Made by a program: the position numbers and the translations under genes. Below, piece after piece: positions 19,813 through 31,454 of a DNA stretch of 45,391 bases. Below the pieces are notes generated by a model. It saw nothing but the letters and a program-made list of their open reading frames with translations. It was not told the origin of the DNA and ran no database searches. Numbering within the stretch: the first letter of the stretch is position 1; each line of letters starts with the position of its first letter. The stretch lies in contig NIVC01002261.1 in the NCBI GenBank assembly GCA_002269645.1, positions 1 through 45,391 on the forward strand, in the 5' to 3' direction. The stretch is from Macrostomum lignano (taxonomy: Eukaryota).

Positions 19813-22800
19813 TCAGGACCCCGTCGAGGACCTCGTGAGCCGCTTCGGGACGCCGCTGTTGCCGCTGCCGCCGCCGCTGCTGCCACCTAAACGGCGACTG
19901 CGCTGGCCAACTGCTGAAGCCGTTCGCTGCTTGCTCGGCTTGCTGGCGGTGGCCGCCGAGGTGGCGACGGGAGCAGTGGCCGCGGAGGTGGCGGCGGCAG
20001 AAGCCGCAGCGTCAGCCTCCTGTGGAGCAGTCAGCTGCTGCTCCATCAACTGTTGCTCTTGCATTTCCCGCTGCGACTCGCGAACCTTGGCCAGCCGGCT
20101 GTAGTGCTCAGCGTAGGATCGGAGAAGCACCTGGCGGCCATTGTAGTAATCCGCAGCGTCCAGGCTGATGTGCACCTGGACATCGGCCGGGTTGAACCGG
20201 TCTGGGCGGGTGGAGAAGCGGGGAAGCGACTGACTGGCTGGCTGACTGACTGACTGACTGGCTGACTGACTGGCTGACTGACTGACTGACTGACTGACTG
20301 ACTGACTGACTGACTGACTGACTGACTGACTGACTGACTGACTGACTGACTGACTGACTGACTGACTGACTGACTGACTGACTGACTGACTGACTGACTG
20401 ACTGACTGACTGACTGACTGACTGACTCACCCATCAGGTAGTGGCGCACAAAGACGCTCTTGATGGCGTGCGCGAGCTCTCCGCTGACGTAGTCGCGCCA
20501 GAAAGCCTCCAGATAGTGCAGGTCGGAGAAGCGGATGTCGCAGAGAATGTCGCCCAGGTCGTGGCTATTCAGGGTGTTGCTGGCCTGGAAGAACAGGTCG
20601 AACTGGCGCTGCGCCGGGTCGTTGCGGTGCGAGTGCAGCTGGTTGCTAAGCAGGCGGTGGATCTGTTGATATTCGGCCCGAACGCGCATCCGCAGGTCGC
20701 AGAAGGCCTGACCGCCGCTGCTCGGCGGCTGACCGAGCGCTCCGGCCGCCGCAGTCGACGAGGTGGCGGCAGTCGAAGTTGAAGCAGTTGACGAAGCGGA
20801 AGCCAACGAAGAGGCCGGCGACTGCGAGGCCGTCGCCGTGGACATCTGGATGCCGGCGCCGGGCGGGGCGACGCTGTGCACGCGGGGCTGCGCCTCCAGC
20901 TGGCTGCTGATGCGGCGGCACTTGGCGCGGGTCAGGCAGCCGGTGCCGTCGGACTGCTGGCTGCTGGAGGCCCGCTTGCGCTCCATGCGGTAGACGGCGC
21001 TGGTCAGGACGTTCTCGCCGTTGCCGACCTCGCGGCAAAGGAAACTCTCGACCGGGTCCTCGCAGGCGGCTGGGACAGGCAAATTAGTGGGAAGAGCATG
21101 CGGAAATAAAATTTGCTCACTTTCAGAATTTGCTATCATAGTAATAAATTACCGTGGTGTTCTACTTGTAAATTTGTAGCAAATACATCATGTAAATAAA
21201 TTCTGTTTTGTTAAGTTCTGTTAATTTTTAATTATTGCATACTTGTTAACTCTAAATACAGAATTTATTGTTATAAGTACAGCTTATATATTATACAAAC
21301 TCTACACTCAATATAATTTTCAGAAAATATCAGGAATAATAAAAAATGGTCTTCCAATGATACACTTATTTTAATATGGAATAAGAATATAGGCATACAT
21401 TTTTATTATTACTATTGAAATGTTCAATGCAAGGAATTAGATCAATTATAAAGCTAAAAAACTTTTATTGTAATTGATTTACAACTTTCTTTAAACAGTA
21501 GAAAGAAATCATATTTCTAAATCTTATCATATTCAGATTCTTCAGATTCTAAATCATATTTATAAGTCAATGCTCTGCAGTCCTTTGCTTTAGAATTTGT
21601 TTATGTTTTCAGCACAATATTTGGTCTTTCATATTGTTCTATCATAGTCTTCTACAAGGCAGTTATGCTCTTGGTTAGTCTGTCATTCAAGATGAGAAAC
21701 AGGCAACTATGCTCTTGGTTAGTCTGTCATTCAAGATGAGAAACAGGCAACTATGCTCTTGGTTAGTCTGTCATTCAAGATGAGAAACAGGCAACTATGC
21801 TCTTGGTTAGTCTGTCATTCAAGATGAGAAACAAGATGGAAATCTGGGAATTCTTTTGGAATCAACTTTTTATTTTAACAACAACTTGCCCACTTCAATT
21901 TGCCCTCCCTTATCATAGAATCTCTCATTCAAAATAAGGAAAGAAACTGGCACTTTCTGCTCATTAGAAAAAGTATTATTAATTACAGAGAAAAAGAGAT
22001 CAAAATGATAATATTACATATCAACTTTATCAACTCTATTAAAAAGCCTATAAACTAAAAGTATAAGAAAGGTTCTGGCATATTTGTATTTAATTATATG
22101 CTTTCACTATCTGATTTTTAACATCCAAATATAATATTTTTTACCTAGATGATTATAAAACAAATGTGAGCAATCTTTTTTTAATTAGATATTATAAATA
22201 AAATTTTCACTTTCTATTTTTTGTTAAATTTAAGTTATCAAGAACTCTTAAAACATCTTACTTATGATTTTCATTCAATAAAAAGGGCATATGCTTTTAC
22301 CCTATGATTACTATATTTATATTTAAATATAAACTAAAGGCAATATATGAATATGATATGGGGATATATGGGAGTATAGAAGATAGCTACCTTTTCTTTG
22401 TGGCTAGCAATGATGGTACCTCTTCTTTTGCTCTAAAAAAGGTCCTTACACCTTCAATTTGCTTAGTAAAAAGCCTTTCTTGTTTATTATAGTGTTGTCT
22501 TTCTAGTGTATTATGGCATCCCTCTAGTGTATTATAGTGTCTATTATATAATATCCCTATACTATACTGTATATTATAGCAATCCCTACTCATGGTCAAA
22601 ATCGATCTTCCTCTCATTTTATATTTCTAAACCAACCTCTGTCTGCACCTATAACCATTGTTGATTATTGCTTTTTTATCTATATAATATGCAAGTGGAA
22701 CTCCTCTTTTGGAGGAGAAAGGGGAAGAACTCCTATTGCCAAAAATTCTATTCCCTGTAATCTAATAGCTAAAATCCCAGGTCTTGAATCTCATCTTCAA

Positions 22801-24303
22801 AATCATCTACAAATCCTTTAAAAAACCTTTCAAATACCATATCTTGTTTCCCTGTTTGCAAAAAGTGACTACCATTGTCCAGATTCTAGACCCAGCCTCT
22901 CCTGTCTGCTCTTTTTTCTTTGCTCTCTCATCTCTAGCCTCTCATCTCTCATCTTTCATCTCTGTGCTCTCATATTTATCCTATTCTTTCTTTTTACTAC
23001 TTTCTCCTCTCTATTCTCTTATCTCTCTCATTTCTCTGATCTTTCATCTCTTGTCTTTCTCCTCTCTTACCTCTCCTCTCATCTTTATTCTGATTTATTT
23101 CTTCTCTCTCCTTTATCATCTTTACCCTCTTCTCTCTCTCTATTCTCTCTCTCTCTCTCTTTTATCTATTTCTTAGATAAAAAATGACTACAATATAGAA
23201 TTACCCAAAACTATAGCCATACTTTTTTAACATAATGGTAGTTATTATTCTTTAACTATAATAAAAATATAATAATAATAGGAATAATTTTTTAAAGAAT
23301 ATTATACTATAAAACACTTGTCATTTTGATAGAAAAAATGTTAGCAATTTACTGTGTTTACCACTTAAAGGTATTAAAATATGAAATTACTTGTCATGAT
23401 TTAAAAAAGGCAGTTGTATTTGTCTAGTGACCGGACAAATAGCGATATAGTTATTTGTCCGGTTATTGGATCCTGACTATGCTTTCCTATTCATCCGGTT
23501 AATACTGGACAAATAGACATTTTGTTATTTGTCCAGTTAAATTGATAACACTAAAATATCTAGTTTATAAAAACCACAAGGGTAAATATTCCTAGACTTC
23601 AAAGACTTCTTACTCGTGTCTTGATTAATATATTGTTATACTAGTATGTGTCTTATACACCAAATTATGCCGAATTGAATTGAATACACTGCTTTGCTTA
23701 TACACTCAAGTAATTCAAGAAAATATTAATCAGTATACAAGAAAAGGTCTAAAAAAATCTAGAATATTTATCACGAAACAAATAAGATATTTGTGTTAGC
23801 AATTTAACCAGACAAATAGCAAAAAGGCTCACCAGACAAATAACAACTGCCTTTAAAAAAAGAAGTATCAGTCAGAGTTTAGAATAAATAGTTAAACTTA
23901 AACTTAAAGCAAGGGATAAATAAATTACCAATAAAACCTCAATATTATACTTACGGTGATCGCTTGCTGTTTGGCATGCATCTTGGTAACGCAGTGTTTG
24001 GAAGTAAGGCAAGATGTCATATCTATCCATATACTTCAACATCTTTTGAAGCGTTCTGTTGTTGTCATCATCGATTTGCCCACAACGAAACAAATAACGA
24101 AAACCAAGTTCAGGCTTCTTGCTAGATTGGCTTAGCTTTCTATTCCAGTCTGATTCCTTTGGCATCAAGTCCCGGTACTTATTAATAGCGCGTCGGACTT
24201 CCTTCACAGTCAGTTTAGCCAAGATGCAGCGATGCAGTTCGCCGATGGACATGATTTCGGGACCAGCGTTGATACTCTCTGACTGAGTGCGCAACATTTC
24301 CAT
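19813..24303 (-). CDS. DEDD: Death effector domain-containing protein (DEDD family), 458 aa
   Basis: Exons 24303-23955, 21069-20431 and 20201-19813; both introns phase 1; total 1377 nt, open. Exon 1 is DED-like (LHR...LTVKEVR...LFRCGQIDDDNNRTLQKMLKYMDRYDILPY, RxDL-type motif). Exons 2-3 match the DEDD C-terminal region as I recall it: CDLRMRVRAEY...DPAQRQF..F.QAS..L.S.DLG.ILCDIRFSDLHYLEAFWRDYVSG.L..AIK.VFV...DY..GRQ.LLR. Confidence 0.92.
20228..20427. repeat. (GACT)n / (GTCA)n microsatellite forming DEDD intron 2
   Basis: About 50 units with a few GGCT variants; abuts the minus-strand donor GTGAGTCAGTCAG. Confidence 0.98.
21657..21832. repeat. 44-bp tandem repeat, 4 copies
   Basis: aggcaactatgctcttggttagtctgtcattcaagatgagaaac starting at 21657, 21701, 21745 and 21789; no spacers. 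Confidence 0.95.
22920..23175. repeat. CT-rich low-complexity tract
   Basis: Polypyrimidine tract (ctctcatctct..., ctctctctct). Confidence 0.8.
23407..23853. mobile_element. MITE-like element, about 447 bp, with 24-25 bp TIRs
   Basis: Left aaggcagttg-tatttgtctagtga; right reverse-complements to aaggcagttgttatttgtctggtga. Both flanks are ttaa/taaa-like. Internal 12-bp hairpins accggacaaata..tatttgtccggt and actggacaaata..tatttgtccagt. Confidence 0.75.
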
Positions 24304-24809
24304 AGTTTAGTAGGATTTTTAGTAGAAAAACGACTGAACTGAAATGTATAATTATTATAGATAGATAGATTGTTCAAGCGCACTTTATTTACTTAAAAAC
24401 GCCCTGTGTCCTCGCGTACAGTTCCTTTTTCTAATAGCCTAGATTACAATTTGATAACTGACCTATATTGTATTATCGCCCTTTTTTGCTATTCAAAAGC
24501 TTGAATAAATGTAGCGTTTTTGTGTGATTCAGGGTTTTTATTTGTTTTTTTAATCCTAAAGCAGAAACTTTAGGTCATTACTTCAAAAAACCGTTTAATA
24601 AACTATCAAAAATTGTTTTATTTTTTCACAGCGCGATGTTTCAAAAAAACTTTCTTAGGAAGAAAACTACGGAAGTACCTTCTTTAATACAAATAAATTA
24701 TAAACTGTAGTCTATCTTGACAACTGGAGCAACCGCTAATATTTAGTCGCAGGCGAATAGTAGCAAACTTTTTTACAAGTGTCACGGCTCTGCATTGATT
24801 TTTTGACAA
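24304..24809. promoter_or_regulatory. Putative bidirectional promoter (DEDD / Ly6)
   Basis: 506 bp between divergent ATGs; keeps many CpGs, unlike the flanking introns. Confidence 0.65.
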
Positions 24810-27800
24810 ATGTACCTCTCAAAAACTGTTTTCGCTGAATTTCTTTTAGTTTTCTTCTGTTGTATTTTTCATGGTGAGTAATGCAAAGTTTATTTGTGAA
24901 ATTATTTCACTAATAAATTTAATTATATAGATATTAAAACATTTTCTTATCTGCGTATTAATATATTTTTACTGTACAAACATTTTCTTTATTTTTAGTT
25001 CTAGCCAGAGTATAGTAATTTGTATTTTTGAGGTTCTGTATGTTCTAATTTATTTTTGATTAGCAATTAATTTGATCAAATTAACAAATGTATGACAAGT
25101 TATTGGTGTGCCACTGAATTAGCCTTTGTCAGCATCTATTTTTTAGATGTCTCTACTGATGAATTCAAATTCTAATTGTTTTGTCTCTAAACTATTTTGC
25201 TATGGACATTTTGCCCTTAGACCATTTTGCCCATAGCCATAGTCTGTTTTCCCCATAATCCAGTTTGGCTATAGGCATTTCAGCTGAAATCGTATTATAT
25301 AGTTTAGCAATACAGCTATATATTTATCTTTAATTCTATCTTTATAATGCTTATTTTTAGTTTTATTATGTAATACAATATTAATTATTGCTATAACCTT
25401 ATAATTGTGTTATTACAAGGCTTATTCCATATAAGCATGGTCGTAACATAACAGGTTATTTTTACTTATAAAATGAAATCTAATAATAGAATATACTAAA
25501 CCAATATTTTAAATGAAAGATTATTTTGTCTAGAATATATTTATAGAGTTTCATATAGATATCATCATTAGTATAGATGCTATTAAACCTTAAATGACAC
25601 TTATGGTCGTAACGACAGGATTTTTGACATATAGAAACTAAAAGGTAAAAGTCTTATAACATTTTTCATTTTTGATATTTTGCAATACATTTTTAAAATT
25701 TGACTAAGAACATCTTTAGAAATCATACTCTTTTATTAGAATATATAAACTCAAAAGGCAACAAAGATACAAAAGAAAAGGCAGCCTTATGGTCGTAACA
25801 TTATGGTCGTAACATATTTTTTTCTGTCAATTCAGTAACTTTGAGGTACTAGTACATTAAAAATATAATAGATTATTTGGTCACCAATGCTTTTATCTGA
25901 TGATGCAAGTACTATACTTTTATCTATAGTTTGTTTCAACCTTCAAAAGCTTTCTATTTGTTTTTAAAAGGTACAAAATCTTAATGATGTCTTTTGCTTT
26001 TAAAAATGTCCAAATTTTTACAAAAATGACTTTTTGCCAATTGATAACATACTAATCCAACATTTTACCATTCCTTTATTCTTAGATTGTATATATTGCA
26101 CAATATAAAACATTTGGTAAAAAATAGGCTAATTAGGCAGTGGCAAGCAAAAATATTGACTTTTTTCTATTTTCCAAATATGTCCATCTTATATAGAATG
26201 AGCCACAATTATATTTATTACAATTGTTGTGACTTATTATAAGTTTTTTCTAAGATAGTCATTCCTTTCAAAAGTGCAATAAGCCATTTCAATCAGAAGA
26301 TAAAAAGGTTTTAGTTATAAGCAATATAAAACCAAGAATACTAAAAGAATAAAAAATATAAATAATAAAATATACTATAAATATGAATAGTATTAAAAAA
26401 TCTATAAACTTTCTCCAATTTTGGGTATTTGTTGCCAGCTTCCTTGTAATCCTTGGCCAAACTAATCCAATTAGCTTAGTAGAGGCAAAATGGTCTATGG
26501 CCAAAATGGTCTATGGGCAAAATAGTATATAGGTGAAATAGTCTAGGGCAAAATGTCCATAGCTAAAATGGTTTATAGGCAAAATGACCAGTTATTATGA
26601 AGTTGGGTCATTCCATGAGAAGGTCTCATGATGGTTGTTTTTCATCATCAAACAACTGTCAACATAGTTTATGCCTCTATTATGTGTTTGGTTGTTTTAG
26701 AATTCATAAGCAGCTATGTGAAAAATATAAAACTAGAAGTTTGACATAGGCTGCTTTTTGCAGCTTTGTTCTATCTATTATGGCTCAAAAGTTACAAGTG
26801 CTTAAAGTTCAAAAACATGATAGGACCCTCTCGTGGAATGACCTAGTTCTAGTTGGTTACCTAATAATAAACATTGTTGACATATTTGTACTTAAACAAA
26901 AACCTATTAACACTAGTTTCTTGACTATATTGAGAGTATGAAAAGAGCTACAACAATTCTGATAGTATGAAGTATAATAAGAAAGATAGCCAATAGGAGA
27001 TAAGTAAAAATTGGAGTCAATTTATATTAAAAGTCTGTTAATATCTACATTGAACATTTATCAATAGAGCCTCTTTGTGACTATAGTCCAGAAGATAGTC
27101 TTTCATGGAAAATCTATACCTATAGAAATGAAAACTCTGTCTGTCTATATACCTATCTGTATCTGTATACAATTTTGATTGCTGTAGACTCCCAAACCAC
27201 TCAACCAAATTATACCAAATTTTGCACCCATCCTAAACTCTTTATTTAGACCCTAAGGCTCTATATAGAGGCTCTAAGGCTCTATAAACCCTAAGGCTCT
27301 ATATTTAGGAAGCTGTCACATGTGCATGGGAATATACTTTAGCATATTTTGTGTGTGCTATGCATAAAGCTAATTAAATATTTGGATGCCTAGGCATAGA
27401 TTCATTATTCACAAATAAATAGTTAGAGCATAGTAGCATTAAAAAATTCTACATTATAGAATAAAACGAGTTAAAGTAAAAAATCTATAATTGCAGCTTT
27501 TAAATGCTTTTCTAATATAAAACTTTGTTTTATTTTTGCTTACATTCAAAATATTCAAATCAAAATCAGTTGAAACTATACAAAGAAGTACTATTTTTTA
27601 TTTTAAATATTCATTTTTATTTATCCAAATGTTATTAATTGGCACATATATCAATTATATAAAAAAGCACATTTAATGTATACACATGTAGATGACATGT
27701 TTTAGGTAATTCATTGTGAGCTAAATGTTTTTATCAGTTTTTGCTATGCATTACTATGTGTAAAATTTCTGTTATGCTTTTGCTATACCCCATATGTATT

Positions 27801-30800
27801 AATTAGTGCATACCTTTTGTTTGTATACTAATTTTTTGCCATTAAAAATATCTTCCTGAGCATGGATCAAACTATCAATAACTTTTAAATACTAGGTGCA
27901 TTGAAAATTTAAACAATTTATGAAGAATAAAAAAGATGCTGTTGTCCTTTTAATTATAATTTGACTGTCTTTCTTAGAATTTTAGATTTAAAATATTGCT
28001 TTAAATTTGCATTATATATAAAGTTCAGAATAAAACTATATGCTAGTCATTTATAGTTTTTTTATTTCATAACCTTTGTCTAGTTTCTCAGGCCCATAAC
28101 AAATATAGCCTGGATTTCAAATAGAAGGCTGTCTTGTTATCTTTCTATTATTTTTCCCTCTAACTCTAAATAGTAACTACATAGACTTTAATCATGGCCT
28201 TAATCTTAATCTTGATCCTTGTTACCTATATCAATGTCCTTCAACCTAGATAATCCCAAATTTACTTCATTTGTCTCTAACAAGGTGAACTTCTTTGCTC
28301 TGTGTTCTCAGTACTATACAATATACTACAAGTACCACTGCTAACGATATTCAATGCTCTAAAGTTTACTTAGAGCCAAAGCCCTGTACTCATGTGGCCG
28401 CCATCGCTCCACTTAAACCTCACAGCCGACGCCATCAAGTGCTACGAATGCCGCAACATTGAGGGCAATGGCGACGCCTGCGTCCGGCTGAGCACCCCCT
28501 GCACCCCGGATGAGGACGCCTGCATCTCGCATGTGCACTACACAACCCCTACCAGCTACTGGACACCGCTGGCCGAGCGGAAGCACTACATCAGCAAGGG
28601 CTGCGTCAGCTATTCCGCCTGCATCAAGCAGCGGGACATCACCCAGCGGTCCTGCACCTACGACTGGTTCACCGACTGGAGCTGCGTAGAGTGCTGCCGG
28701 GGTGACCTCTGCAACTACTATGTCACGGTGAGGGGCTGGGCTACGCATGTCAGTGCGCTAGTAGTGACTGCAGTGAATGCGTGAACATCAGTAGTGAATT
28801 CATGAACATCAGTAGTGAATGCGTGAACATCAGTAGTGAATGCATGAACATCAGTAGTGAATGCGTGAACATCAGTAGTGAATTCATGAACATCAGTAGT
28901 GAATGCGTGAACATCAGTAGTGAATGCGTGAACATCAGTAGTGAATGCGTGAACATCAGTGGTGAATTCGTGAACATCAGTAGTGAATGCGTAAACATCA
29001 GTAGTGAATGCGTGAACATCAGTGGTGAATTCGTGAACATCAGTAGTGAATGCGTGAACATCAGTGGTGAATGCGTGAACATCAGTAGTGAATGCGTAAA
29101 CATCAGTGGTGAATTCGTGAACATCAGTAGTGAATGCGTGAACATCAGTAGTGAATGCGTGAACATCAGTAGTGAATGCGTGAACACCAGTGGTGAATGC
29201 GTGAACATCAGCAGTGAATGCGTGAACATCAGCAGTGAATGCGTGAACCTCAGTAGTGAATGTGTGAACATCAGTAGTGAATGCGTGAACATCAGTAGTG
29301 AATGCGTGAACATCAGTAGTGAATGCATTTACATCAGCATGAATGCATTTACATCAGCATGAATGCGTGAACATCAGTAGTGAATGCGTGAACATCAGTA
29401 GTGAATGCGTGAACATCAGTAGTGAATGCGTGAACATCAGTAGTGAATGCGTGAACACCAGTGGTGAATGCGTGAACACCAGTAGTAAATGCATTTACAT
29501 CAGCATGAATGCGTGAACATCAGCAGTGAATGCGTGAACATCAGCAGTGAATGCGTGAACATCAGTAGTGAATGCGTGAACATCAGTAGTGAATGCGTGA
29601 ACATCAGTAGTGAATGCGTGAACATCAGTAGTGAATGCGTGAACATCAGCAGTGAATGCGTGAACATCAGCAGTGAATGCGTGAACATCAGTAGTGAATG
29701 CGTGAACATCAGCAGTGAATGCGTGAACATCAGCAGTGAATGCGTGAACATCAGCAGTGAATGCGTGAACATCAGCAGTGAATGCGTGAACATCAGTAGT
29801 GAATGCGTGAACATCAGTAGTGAATGCGTGAACATCAGTAGTGAATGCGTGAACATCAGTAGTGAATGCGTGAACATCAGTAGTGAATGCGTGAACATCA
29901 GCAGTGAATGCGTGAACATCAGTAGTGAATGCGTGAACATCAGTAGTGAATGCGTGAACATCAGTAGTGAATGCGTGAACATCAGTAGTGAATGCGTGAA
30001 CATCAGTAGTGAATGCGTGAACATCAGTAGTGAATGCGTGAACATCAGTAGTGAATGCGTGAACATCAGTAGTGAATGCGTGAACATCAGCAGTGAATGC
30101 GTGAACATCAGCAGTGAATGCGTGAATATCAGCAGTGAATGCGTGAACATCAGCAGTGAATGCGTGAACATCAGCAGTGAATGCGTGAACATCAGTAGTG
30201 AATGCGTGAACATCAGTAGTGAATGCGTGAACATCAGTAGTGAATGCGTGAACATCAGTAGTGAATGCGTGAACATCAGTAGTGAATGCGTGAACATCAG
30301 TAGTGAATGCGTGAACATCAGTAGTGAATGCGTGAACATCAGCAGTGAATGCGTGAACATCAGTAGTGAATGCGTGAACATCAGTAGTGAATGCGTGAAC
30401 ATCAGTAGTGAATGCGTGAACATCAGTAGTGAATGCGTGAACATCAGTAGTGAATGCGTGAACATCAGTAGTGAATGCGTGAACATCAGTAGTGAATGCG
30501 TGAACATCAGCAGTGAATGCGTGAATATCAGCAGTGAATGCGTGAACATCAGCAGTGAATGCGTGAACATCAGTAGTGAATGCGTGAACATCAGTAGTGA
30601 ATGCGTGAACATCAGCAGTGAATGCATGAACATTAGCAGTGAATTCGTGAACATCAGTCGGGATTGAGTAGCAGATTTATGAATTATTCAATCCGCTCTC
30701 CATCGCAGCTCTCTGGCCAACCGGTCGGGCCCGTCTTCAGCCGAGTGGCGCTGCTGACCGCGGTGAGCTGCCTGCTGCGCCTCCTTGCGTCGGGAATTTG

Positions 30801-30801
30801 A
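24810..30801 (+). CDS. GPI-anchored Ly6/uPAR (three-finger) protein, 152 aa
   Basis: Exon 1 24810-24873 encodes MYLSKTVFAEFLLVFFCCIFH (signal peptide, phase-1 GTGAGT donor). Exon 2 28426-28727 encodes ADAIKCYEC...C...C...C...KGC...C...C...CVECCRGDLCNYYVT (10 Cys, CCxxDxCN). Exon 3 30709-30801 encodes LSGQPVGPVFSRVALLTAVSCLLRLLASGI* (GPI-type hydrophobic tail). Phases are consistent. Confidence 0.9.
25183..26590. mobile_element. Degenerate non-autonomous element, about 1.4 kb, bounded by inverted arrays of approximately 15-bp subrepeats
   Basis: ctatggacattttgcccttagaccattttgcccatag (about 25200-25236) is inverted relative to ...ctatgggcaaaat...ctagggcaaaatgtccatagc (about 26485-26590). Internal ATGGTCGTAAC occurs 4 times. 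Confidence 0.55.
26606..26843. mobile_element. MITE-like element, 238 bp
   Basis: TIRs ggtcattccatgaga (26606-26620) and tctcgtggaatgacc (26829-26843), with weaker extension inward. No clear TSD. Confidence 0.65.
28771..30660. repeat. 21-bp minisatellite, about 90 copies, in Ly6 intron 2
   Basis: Unit gtgaatgcgtgaacatcag(t/c)a, with short gaatgcatttacatcagcat interruptions near 29325-29365 and 29490. Confidence 0.98.
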
Positions 30802-31168
30802 CTGCCGGGCAGCCAGCCTTAGCTTGGAACAACTCTGCTTTTTTTATAAATTGCTGCTTCTTGACTGCCTTCTCTTCTACATTCCCAGCATCCGCTAGCG
30901 CTGATGCTGTGCTCTGCGCGACTTCTGTTCGTTCGATCGCGATTCTTTTCTTATAATCAATTGATTGGAATCCTGCATGTCTTACTAGCAAATACACTAC
31001 TGAGGCTGTAAGTAGTATGCATCTAAAATTTGATATATCCATTCCGTGTATATAACTGTATTTCCCATTTTAACCTCTATATGTGCATGTTGGCTGTGTG
31101 CTAAGCCATATTATGCTTTTTAATAATAATTTTATCTATAGACATTCCGATTTCAATTTCTACTATTG

Positions 31169-31174
31169 AATAAA
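31169..31174 (+). promoter_or_regulatory. Candidate polyadenylation signal of the Ly6 gene
   Basis: AATAAA about 370 nt after the stop. Confidence 0.45.
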
Positions 31175-31454
31175 GTAGTAAGTTTTACCTACAAACCTAA
31201 ATTAAATAAATCTGTTTGAGACAATAGGTTTATCAGCTTTGGTTCAGTACCCGACTGATTGTTACGTTGTAATCAAAATATGCTTTTACCTAATGCTTTA
31301 TTAACTTGATGTGTTCAGAATAAATAAATCATTGCAAATTAGTCCAACACAGATCATCCTCCAGAGTGGCACGATCACTCTCTATGGGATGATCGCTAAA
31401 AGCATCTCGTGGTGGAATCGGGAAGAGTGACAACTCTGGGCTTGTGAAATTTAT

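Noticed and set aside
20108-21139. Single-exon 343-aa ORF with an SQSV repeat
   Set aside because: It is read-through of DEDD exon 2 into the (GTCA)n intron. The true exon is bounded by an acceptor at 21070 and a donor at 20430.
21657-21832. CRISPR-like array
   Set aside because: Head-to-tail repeats with no unique spacers, no cas genes, and a eukaryotic intron context. The same applies to all other arrays here.
22304-23176. Hydrophobic ORFs in the AT/CT-rich intron (also 26289-26504)
   Set aside because: Products of polypyrimidine or AT-rich low complexity within the DEDD and Ly6 first introns.
28750-30667. Long ORFs (CVNISSE)n and (MFTHSLL)n
   Set aside because: These are translations of a 21-bp satellite inside Ly6 intron 2. 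Exons 2 and 3 splice in phase around it.
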